The position numbers and the translations under genes were made by a program. The notes beneath the pieces were generated by a model. That model was not told where the DNA came from, searched no databases, and saw only the letters and a program-made list of their open reading frames with translations. From Antedon mediterranea (taxonomy: Eukaryota; Animalia; Echinodermata), in the NCBI RefSeq assembly GCF_964355755.1, contig NC_092671.1:1178001-1242000 (forward strand): 64,000 bases of DNA, read 5' to 3'. This document shows positions 13,887 through 25,500 of this stretch, one piece after another (position 1 is the stretch's first letter; each line of letters opens with the position of its first letter).

Positions 13887-16800
13887 AATGAGAGGGAGGC
13901 GGCAGTAGAAACAAGACACAAAATAGATAGACATACAGACAGACTGGTTGCAACATGTACTGATTGCTTCTTTAGAATTCACACAAGAAGATTAACGAGA
14001 AAGAACAATGTGGTTATATAAATACAAATAATTAAAATAATATTTTGTTTCAATTTATTTCATATTTAGACAGAACTTACAAATGTTACTTAAAGTTCAA
14101 GAATATTCTATACTCATCTATTTTAAAATGTTAAATAATTCAGTATACCACAAAATGTATAGAATTCTCTTCATGAATTTTGTCTTTTGTGAGTTTTGGT
14201 TTTATTTAGCGTCGTGTCCTGAATTTATATTTACCTCCTCCGAGATGATCAGTATTTATAAATAATTTATGCTTAATTTATTCAGTTCATTTATTTATGA
14301 ATTTATTTATTTCCTTTACAACAACTTGGTTGTTACTAGGCTGGGCTATGCTGCAATATATAAGTTATTTATTCTCGTTTTGTTCTCAAAATATACCTGG
14401 GAGATATGATCGGGTGAGTGAGTAAGGAAGGTGCAATACATCCATTCCATGTACTAACTAGAAATAGCTTTTAGAATTTTACTAGTCACAATGCTGGTGG
14501 TATTGTATTCAAAGTATGTATATATCTGATATACATGAGGACCAACTAGGTATTCAGGGATAATATGGGCTACCTGACATAAAAAAAGTGCACTTTCCTG
14601 AAATGATCATTCTTCTTTAAACTTCCAGACACGTTGATTAAAGAAAATATTTAAATTAAGTTTAGTGTGCTTAGTTGAATAGTCCACCTTCTGTATCATT
14701 CCAAACTGTCAATAAGAATTTATCTAAAAATAGTTTGGGAACAAACAAAAACATTTCTAATATTTTAAAATTGTCAACATTGTATTCAACTATTTGATTT
14801 ATTAGCTTCAATTTTAACTTAGTAAAGAATTTAGTTGATTGAAGTATGTAACATGATGAATGTTAATGATGATAATATACTATTTATTTATTTATTTTAC
14901 GGGTTGTATGTAGCCCAAGAATGTTGTATATAGAATGCACTCTACTTTAAAAATGCATGAACTATCTCAAGGGTCATTTGGGGTCAACTTTCTGTTACTT
15001 GTCAACTTTTAATCGTGCTTTCTATTACATATGTTTTATACAATTTCCATAAATGCAAAGCAATAATGTGTTTTTGTTTGATATTTTGAAATCGACTTGT
15101 AAATTTTGTGGAAATATTTTGCGAAATCGTGAATGGACATGATAATCCAAATGTGTTTAGTTGTTTTTATGTTAACATTCATCATTTCTGTAATGTCTAT
15201 TCATAGTGTGATTGTAACTATTGTATGATAAATGAATACCATCTTTTTATCACAAAGTATGTAACATAATATAAATTTATGTTTATTGATCTTAGTAATG
15301 ATGTATGGTTGTGAATACTTTTTTTTTATTGGTGATCGTAATCAAAATAATTTCATTACCATTGCTTTCATTTTATGAAATAGTTGTGTCAGAAATGAGG
15401 TAACGGGCAGAGGCTTGTTTCCCAGGTTGGACAACTTGCCCGGTTTGCTTGCCCATCATCTGTCATCACTATTTCTTTCATTTCATAGATATTAACCTTG
15501 AGATAGTTCATGCTGTATGTAAAATACCATTGCATTATTTAATTTTTGAGTATATTATATATATACTCACCATCTGTATATAATCATAAAGCTAATACGT
15601 AGTAGAATAAAGATTGTAGTCGTCACTCACTACTTAGAAATATACTAGCCATATTAATTATTAACGAATATTTAAGAGAAAGTAAAGTAGTTTAAGAAAA
15701 CATAGATTTTCACAATATGCTTTAACTAACATTATTTTTTCCGGATCATATATCCTCGTTAGAGAAGAAATAAGTTTTACATTGTAAATTTAAGTTTAAT
15801 TAATGAAGAATTTAAGGGATGCATGTTAGTGATAGTGGTAGCCTCGGCACTGCGGCCCGGTTACTTAATGCTTGCCTATTGAATGCCAGCAATGTCGTTC
15901 AGTTTCCCTACCCTGCTTCATGTGTATCTTCAGGGAATTTTGAGCATTTTGCATCAAAGAGGGCTCTCCAGTTTGCGTAAAACTCCTGTACAAATTTTTA
16001 TCAACCAATAAAAAAAATTAGTATACAGAAACAGAGACGAACATTTATTTTTGGAACAAATAAATTGTACAGCTAATTGTTTTTCCATATTTAAGTTTGA
16101 TTTTGATGATGATAGTGTGTTATCTGGTCTTGTTCAAAGTCTGTGGTAGTAGTGGCTTGGTGATTTTGTCAAATTAATGTCAAATTTTAATATGTACAGA
16201 TATCATATGTATCCTCATTATATACATCTTTTCACCTATGATTTCAATGCAATAACTACATATTGTCAGAATAATGATTATAAATAATAATTTATTTAAT
16301 ATATAACTGTAAAAGTTATGGTAGTATAGCCATACAAGTGTATTTTGTTGTTTTTTTATTTTATATAAATTTATATTCAAAGTACTGAAATGTATAGGTG
16401 AAATGAAACACATTGTATATTTATTTTCAAACACATTTAGCTTCTACATATTGGGGTTAAATTGTGTGCACATTGTCGGCTCTTTGTAGTGGATTTGTGT
16501 AAGTAACCTATGTGTCTCATCACATAGCGAACATCTTGGTTGTTGGAAAAGTTTGGTCATGTTGGTTGTGCTCACTATGTTTTTGTTTAAACATTTAATT
16601 GTTTTGTACAGATGGACAAAGATTTTGATACTCTACTTTTTTAAACGCCTACAAATGTGTTTTAACAAACTGAAAAGCCCTCTTTTTATGTTTTGCTCAA
16701 ATCTATATAGAAAAGAATTTGAAATATTATAGAAGATTATAAAAAAAATATGTAGAATTAAGGAGCTATTTAAACAGAAAGTTGATTCAGAAAATTGAAA

Positions 16801-16900
16801 GAATGTATTAGAAGGAAGATGTGTAAATGAAAAGATAAACTTTAGATAAAGTTGAGAAGAAGAAAGTTATGAATGAATTTGCAATAAATGCACGCAAGAA
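13887..16900 (+). other. Probable long non-coding terminal exon (3' UTR) of the CELF gene
   Basis: CAG|GTATTT donor 10 nt after the stop (intron from 11876), strong acceptor ttttgtttcttgcag at 13886, U/UG-rich downstream sequence with several AATAAA. The 3' end is uncertain. Confidence 0.4.
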
Positions 16901-16929
16901 AATGCTCTTCTCTTACTTTATTTTCTATG

Positions 16930-19500
16930 AATTTCCCTGTACTATTTTTTTTTAAAGGCCAAAATATCAACTTTTTAAAATTCAATCATTATGCAATAAA
17001 TTAAATAATAATAAAAGGGTCAAAATTTGGTCATTTTTCAAAAATTTCATGAAAGAACGACTCAACTGACACATTTTTCAAAAATGTGAACACCGTAATG
17101 ATATTATTATTGAATATTCTCCCTCTTAAATTAATACTTAAAAAGTAAAAATACAAGAAACATGAAAAACAATTTTCGAAAATTTCCCTGTACAGGGATT
17201 TTAAAAAAAAATTGCCATTTTTCGAAAAAACTGGTTACTATAATATAGCACAATTTACATGCACAGAACCATTAGACGACTCTGCGCATGTTTATTATGC
17301 TACAGTAACCATTTATGTCAAAAGTAACCACTTTTGACATAAATGGTTACTATAGCATAATAAACATGCGCAGAGTCGAATAATGGGTTCTGCGCATGTT
17401 AATTGTGCTATAGTAACCATTTATGTCAAAAAATAAAAGGGTCGAAAATCGGCAATTTTTCAAAAATTTTACAGGGATTTTTAAAAAAATGACAATGTTC
17501 GATAAAACTGGCTATAGCACAATTTACATGCGCAGAACCATTAGACGACTCTGCGCATGTTTATTATGCTATAGTAACCATTTATGTAAAAAAATAAAAG
17601 GGTCGAAAATTGCCCATTTTTCAACAATTTCCCTGTACTATTATAGTACAGAGATTTTTTCAGAAAATGGCCAATTTTCGACCTTTTTATTTTTCGATAA
17701 AACTGGTTACTATAGCACAATTAACATGCGCAGAACCCATTAGTCGACTCTGCGCATGTTTATTATGCTATAGTAACTATTTTTCAAATATGGTTATGAT
17801 AGCACAATTTTCGACCCTTTTATTTTTTGACATAAATGGTTACTATTGCATAATAAATATGCGCAGAGTCGAATAATGGGTTCTGCGCATGTTTATTATG
17901 CAATAGTAACCATTTATGTCAAAAAATAAAAGGGTCGAAAATCGGCCATTTTTAGAAAATTTCCCTGTACTATATAGTACAGGGATTTTTCAAAAAATGG
18001 CAAATTTTCGACCTTTTTATTTTTCGATAAAACTGGTTACTATAGCACAATTGACATACTAATCAAACTAATATTATCTACACACGTGAAGAGCTAAAAC
18101 AAGAACACGTTTTGTTGATTATCTCAAAACTTTGCTTTATGCGGTATAGTATAGTTTAGGGATTTTTTCAAAAATGGCCAAAATATTGACTTTTTTAAAT
18201 TCAATTATTATGCGATAATATTGCCATATATGCACATATATTGCATTATCACCATCTTATAGTCATATTAACCAGTTATGACAAAAAATAAAAAGGTCGA
18301 AATTTGGTCATTTTTCGAAAATTTCCCTGTATTTTTCAAAATTGGCCAAAATATCAACTTTTTAAAATTCAATTATTATGCAATAATATTGCCATATATG
18401 TACATATATTTCACTATAGCCCCTTTCTCACAGACGTGCCTGCAATATACCGGTATTATGCTGGCGTCATGCCGGTATCGTTACCGGCATATACCCATTC
18501 TTATCGGACTATCGTGCCGGAAATATAACCGGAATATACCGGCTTTCTGTGAGAAAGGAGTCTGGCATATTCGGCCAATAAAAAGTCTCTGACAAAATAA
18601 TTATTGAGGGCATCCTTTATTGTTATCATTTTTGTCTATCGATATATGGCGGCGAATTATAAGTCACAGATTATTATCTTCCTTTATATCATATTTATGC
18701 AATACAGGCTATGTACAGTATATTATGCATATATTATACAGGTACAGCAATTAATTAGCCGTCATCAGCAATCTGTAAAACACCTTAGAAGGCTGTAGGC
18801 CTACAATTTACAAGGCAAGGCGACGAAGGGTCAGGCACCAAGAAACAAAGAGCTATAATGGCCTATGTCTATGTATGCTACAAATTTCTTCTTGTCCCCT
18901 TATTTTAAGCAGCTCTCTTATCTCATTATCCCTCCAGTTCGACATTATTATTGTTAATTGAATTGAATCGGCGCCAAAGTGATACACTTGACCGTGCAAG
19001 GTGTCAAAGCTTTGACGGGGAATTAAATATAACCCCGGAATATAACGGCGTTACGTTCTCACATAATGCCTGTCTGGCATTGCGGGGAATATCCCTAGAA
19101 TATTACTAGGTCTAAAGCAGGTCATGTCGATGCCGGCATGATGCCGGTATGATGCCAAGACGACCCGTTCTCACAGAAAACCATACCGGCATGGTAATGG
19201 TATATTCCCGCAATATTCCTGGCACACTGCTCTGTGAGAAAGGGGCTTATCATCATCTTATAGAGTCATATTAACTAGTTATGACAACAAATAAAAAGGT
19301 TGAAATTTGTTCATTTTCAAAAATTTTCCTGTACTATAGTAGAGGGATTTTTTTTAAAAATGGCCATATTCAATATCTATTGAGGTAACATGAGCAGACC
19401 AAAGTACCGATTATTTTTTAACATTAATTTATTATGCAACAATATTGGCATATATGTGTATATAATTGTGTTACTACCATCGCATAGAGCCATAGTAGTA
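16930..19500. repeat. Complex palindromic (fold-back) repeat array
   Basis: Alternating hairpin modules (ggttactatagc...catgcgcaga-loop-tctgcgcatg...gctatagtaacc and aaaagggtcgaaaa...ccctgtacta/tagtacaggg...ttttcgacctttt) in both orientations; interrupted by the element at 18418-19247. Confidence 0.85.
18418..19247. mobile_element. Non-autonomous DNA transposon, PIF/Harbinger-like (3-bp TSD)
   Basis: 17-bp perfect TIR agcccctttctcacaga / tctgtgagaaaggggct, TAT on both sides, subterminal ccgg-rich repeats. A paralogous uninterrupted repeat unit near 18241 shows the empty site. Confidence 0.85.
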
Positions 19501-19537
19501 TTGAATTTAAAAGATAATTTTAAAATTAAGTACAACA

Positions 19538-22500
19538 TTAAAATTGGTTTGTGTTCTTAAGCTTCTTTTTTTTTGGTTGATACGTTGGACGAAGTAAAGC
19601 AAGCTTTCTTTTCTTCGATTCTTTCTTGGAAATTTGTTTCTTTATTTTTCGTTTGGCGGCTGCTTCAGGGTCTGCCACAGCCTGTGGGAAAATAGACAAA
19701 TTGATAAATATGAGATAAGATTGACGGCTAGAAGTAATGTGCAAGATGTACGTTATAAAGACGAATTTCCACTAGGCAAATTTGTTCAACCGAATCGAAG
19801 GCGTCAGCTAATACACATTCGTAGAAAAGGATTTGGACGATGCAAACATGAATACGCATGCATACAAGCTAGCGCTTTCGATTTGTGCAAACAAATTCGC
19901 ATAGTGGAAAATCGGCATTATAGCACGGCAATATTAATGAATAAGTGGATTTTTCACTCTTTCCTCAATTCTGTTTATTCTGCTGATTTAGCCTTTTCTA
20001 AACTTGCAACAATATTTATTACTGATTAATTTCATTGAAAATATAATATTCCAGTTAAATAAACAAGGTAACCTAGGAAATGTAAAAGGAAGATCTTGTA
20101 TCATGTAAGGTTAGGTTATTATATATGATACTAGGAAGTACATGTGAAACACATGTGATGCTGTAAGGTTAGGTTATTATATATGATACTAGGAAGTACA
20201 TGTGAAACACATGTGATGCTGTAAGGTTAGGTTATTATATATGATACTAGGAAGTACATGTGAAACACATGTGATGTTGTAAGGTTAGGTTATTATATAT
20301 GATACTAGGAAGTACATGTGAAACACATGTGATGTTGTAAGGTTAGGTTATTATATATGATACTAGGAAGTACATGTGAAACACATGTGATGTTGTAAGG
20401 TTAGGTTATTATATATGATACTAGGAAGTACATGTGAAACACATGTGATGTTGTAAGGTTAGGTTATTATATATGATACTAGGAAGTACATGTGAAACAC
20501 ATGTGATGCTGTAAGGTTAGGTTATTATATATGATACTAGGAAGTACATGTGAAACACATGTGATGTTGTAAGGTTAGGTTATTATATATGATACTAGGA
20601 AGTACATGTGAAACACATGTGATGTTGTATTACCAAAGAGTCTTATGGTACTGGAGAAATCTAGATACAGTACCAGGAATCAGGTGCATATTGATACAGT
20701 ACCAGGAATCAGGTGCATATTGATACAGTACCAGGAATCAGGTGCATATTGATACAGTACCAGGAATCAGGTGCATATTGATACAGTACCAGGAATCAGG
20801 TGCATATTGATACAGTACCAGGAATCAGGTGCATATTGATACAGTACCAGGAATCAGGTGCATATTGATACAGTACCAGGAATCAGGTGCATATTGATAC
20901 AGTACCAGGAATCAGGTGCATATTGATACAGTACCAGGAATCAGGTGCATATTGATACAGTACCAGGAATCAGGTGCATATTGATACAGTACCAGGAATC
21001 AGGTGCATATTGATACAGTACCAGGAATCAGGTGCATATTGATACAGTACCAGGAATCAGGTGCATATTGATACAGTACCAGGAATCAGGTGCATATTGA
21101 TACAGTACCAGGAATCAGGTGCATATTGATACAGTACCAGGAATCAGGTGCATATTGATACAGTACCAGGAATCAGGTGCATATTGATACAGTACCAGGA
21201 ATCAGGTGCATATTGATACAGTACCAGGAATCAGGTGCATATTGATACAGTACCAGGAATCAGGTGCATATTGATACAGTACCAGGAATCAGGTGCATAT
21301 TGATACAGTACCAGGAATCAGGTGCATATTGATACAGTACCAGGAATCAGGTGCATATTGATACAGTACCAGGAATCAGGTGCATATTGATACAGTACCA
21401 GGAATCAGGTGCATATTGATACAGTACCAGGAATCAGGTGCATATTGATACAGTACCAGGAATCAGGTGCATATTGATACAGTACCAGGAATCAGGTGCA
21501 TATTGATACAGTACCAGGAATCAGGTGCATATTGATACAGTACCAGGAATCAGGTGCATATTGATACAGTACCAGGAATCAGGTGCATATTGCATATAAA
21601 TGTTCAAAATAATTGACAGCAAAATTACCTGCATAACTCTCTTCTTTTTTCTTCCTTCCCTGATAGTGTTCAATTCTTTCTGGACTGCTGCATATGCCTT
21701 AGTGAACACTTCAGTATCTACCATACTCTTTAACAAGTCCATCACCTCTTGACAAAGAATCCGTAATTCTGAATCTAGAAAATAAAACAAAAACATTTTA
21801 AATGTAAACATTTTTATATTTGTATTTATCTATTGATATATTCAGTGGCAGGATCACAGAACATTAAGGAGCTGTTGTTTATAGACAAGCGACAATCAAA
21901 TCGTGTTATAATGTGAATGCAGGGAATTGTTATGTGCTTCTTCTCTCCCCTATGACACATCAATTGACCTGACCTAGCATGTCACTAGGTCATCTAGATG
22001 TCGCGAATCGAAAGCTTCCTATTAATCATTGCAAATATTCTACTTACCTGAATGAGACATTTTGTCAGAGATTTCTCGCATTAATGGTTTCAAGATGCGT
22101 TGTAAGAATACTGCAACATGTTCCTTGCCAAGGTACATGCTCACAGCTCCCAACCACTTCACCATACAGGTACGCTTCAATGTCTTTTTAGGTGTTTGCG
22201 CGAGCTCTGTCCGCCCAATTTGACACATTTTATTCATCAGCCATAACACCTCAAGCTTTCTCATCTCTGTGCTGCCATTTTTTGAGTTAGCTGTGATGTC
22301 ACCCTTTTTAGTGGTGACATCATCAATTTTAGTGTACTTGGCATTGTGTGATGTCATTGCCAGTTGATCCAACTCATCTTTTGTATAGATAATGATTACT
22401 CTTGCTATAAATACCAAGTTTTTTATCACCTGAAAAAAAATTAATGTTAATTAAACAAGATACTATATGCAAAATCTAAAAGCACAAAGGGTGCGTCTCA

Positions 22501-25500
22501 AAGAACTCCCGAAAAGAAAACTACAAATGCAACATGAGTGTAGCCTACCTGTTCTGATAAATCTTTGTCCAGTAGATTTGATTTCAATTGTGTGCAAAAC
22601 CTGTATGCAAGTTCTCGAAATCTTGCTTCAAAATCTGTAACAATATAACACTTTAATTTTTCATTTTCCATGATTTCTTCTTGTTTTTGTGATCTTTGAA
22701 TCGTTTTCTTTTGCGATTTTGTCACGGTTTGATTGAGGACTTCTGATTCAGGTGATGTTGCCACGTCAACCACTTCCTGCGGTTGCCAAGCAGCAAAGAG
22801 GATGCCAAAAAGTTGCGATGTTACCAGACGTACCCATGCATGTGGATGGAGAAGATGAACTTCAACTGAACCTGTGAATATTACAAGAAACAAAGTTACT
22901 GTTTATACTGTATGACTGTCGCGGAAGCCATCGCCTTTCACGTCAACCTTTTCCCGCATCCCACTCCGAAAGCTGCCTAATAATTATGTGATGGTTGGCA
23001 AAAATGAAAACATTGCACACATATTTGCACAAAATTAGAAAAACAAAATTCAATTGTTGATAATGTTGTTCTGATAACTAACCCCATAAATGATTCATTG
23101 CTGCTTTGTAGGTGCCACTATTGACTATATTGCACATGTGCAACATTTTAGCCAGTGTACTGAGAAGATGGTACAACAAGTGGTCTAGATCTTCTTCATC
23201 ATCTGCAGTGCCAATGTCATCTTCCATCACCTAAAATCAATTATGATGGATACTGATGAATTAAAATCAATTATGATGGATACTGATGGATTAAAATCAA
23301 TTATGATGGATACTGATGGATTAAAATCAATTATGATGGATACTGATGGATTAAAATCAATTATGATGGATGATATATTCTAAAATCAAATCTTATTTCA
23401 TGATGAAATAAAAATTAATTATGTCATGATGAAATCAAAATCAATTATTATGAAGTCATGATATAAAATATATTTTCATCAACTTCTGCATTTAAAGTAA
23501 GATCTGAATATTTTATATAGATCGTAGAAATGTTACTGTAACTTTGTGTTATAATAGTAGTTTTAAATTTCTATTATAGATAAAATGACTTCTGAGCAAC
23601 AAGAAGCCCATCAAAAAGCCTTTATAAAACTCAATATAGAACATCAAATTTCTGTTTTATTAATCATTATTATCTAATATTTTTCAAAAAGAAATTTTTA
23701 TTTTATGTGCACCTATTGTAAACTATAAAATGTTATCAATTTACCTTTTTAAATCTTTGTTCCGATATGATTCCACCAATCAGCTTCAGTGTTTCATTTG
23801 CTCGTCTATCAAAGTCTAACCTTTCTGCTTCAATGAAGATGCCACAGATCTGGGCTGCCAATCGCTGATGCATGACCTTCTCGTCATTTAACCATTGTGT
23901 TACCATGGCAAACAGACTGTCCCGTCTTCCAATATCAAGCTGATAACGTTAAATATACTTTAAATTTACTAGTAATCTTTTCAAAATATTTTACAAAATT
24001 CTAACCTTTTGCAGGAGCGATTTGAGAGCTATGCCACCAGTTTGCTTACCTTTTGCAGGAGTGATTTGAGAGCTATGCCACCAGTTTGCTTACCTTTTGC
24101 AGGAGTGATTTGAGAGCCAATGCCACCAGTTTGCGACATTTAGCAGAATCATCATTCACTAATCTAGTTGCCATGGGAATAAAGAACAAACCATAGTGTT
24201 TATCCAGAGTTTTCTGAAAGAAAATTAGAAATGATAAAATGTATTATTAGCCAAGGAAATCATCTTTTGATTTTGATAAGTCTTAAATATCACATGCTTC
24301 GTAGTTCTGCTTCACAGAATGCTTATTTAACTATTTATAAATTCCTATCCACCATGGTAAATGATAATAATGACAAAGCTAACAGGATTAAAATGGCTTA
24401 CAAACTATACATGTCATATCCAATTAATGTCATCAGATGCAAATTTATTTGTACAAGTAAATAAAAATTGTAAATTAACCTGTGGAAAAGATGAAAACAT
24501 GGTTGCTAGCATTTCCAGAGCAGATACTCGTCCATTTTCTTCATCAAATGACAACTGTCCTACGTAGAACTCCAGATGTTGCTTCAGCTTGCTACCAAGT
24601 GGGTAGTCAAGTAAGAAATGGAGAACAACCTGCGAAGTAGATTATTGGAATTGGTTATATATTTAATTCAATTACATTTATATCTCATTTCTCTCGGGAA
24701 AACTTCAATTCTACATGTTAGGCCATGGGTTCTCTCTACCCAAACAGACATTACAATATATATATATAATTTTGTCACTCACTTGCCGACACTGCAGCCT
24801 TACTGAGTGCATCTCACTCCTTATGGATAATTCTGCTACCTTCTTCATTACATCATGAATTTCAGGTACCATTAGCTGACGTCCTAATATGGCCTACAAC
24901 AAAAACATGTACATAGCAACATTAACAACACTGTTTAATCTTTGCTTTGTTCATTAATTTGTTGAACCATGATGTACTGCATAATTTCACTAAATTAATA
25001 CTGTAACCAGCGTTATATAATAACTGTAACACTTTATATGAACTTACCTTGAGTAAAGAAAAGGCAGTCGCTTGCCGTGTGTGGTCATGGATATCCTCCT
25101 CGGCAAAACTTAGTAGAACCTGAAGTTGCTCATCGGTGATTTGATGACCTTTGACATCACGGACTAAAACAGTGACAGCCTAAAATAAATAATAATCATA
25201 TATCAGTTTACCAATAACAGCTGGCTCATTAGTTTTAGTAATAAGTTTGATTACCATTTAAAAACCCAAAATCATTATTCTAATAATAAGTTTTATACTG
25301 TAAACTTGAACTTGAATATTGTTTTTTAATAAAGTTAAATGATTAAAATAAGTCAAATGGGGTAAAATAAATGTTATGAAATCAAATGCAGTCTTACTAC
25401 AACTTTTAGGCAATTTAATATTTAATAATTTAATAGGGCTACTATTAAAAAAACCAATTTGATGATTTAAATTTACCTTAAAACATGCCACCACCAATTC

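Noticed and set aside
17423-18798. Short ORFs in the palindromic array and the Harbinger-like element
   Set aside because: Repeat-derived, with no transposase or other motifs.
20664-21592. CRISPR-sized 29-bp repeat
   Set aside because: Head-to-tail with no unique spacers, no cas genes, and in a eukaryotic intron.
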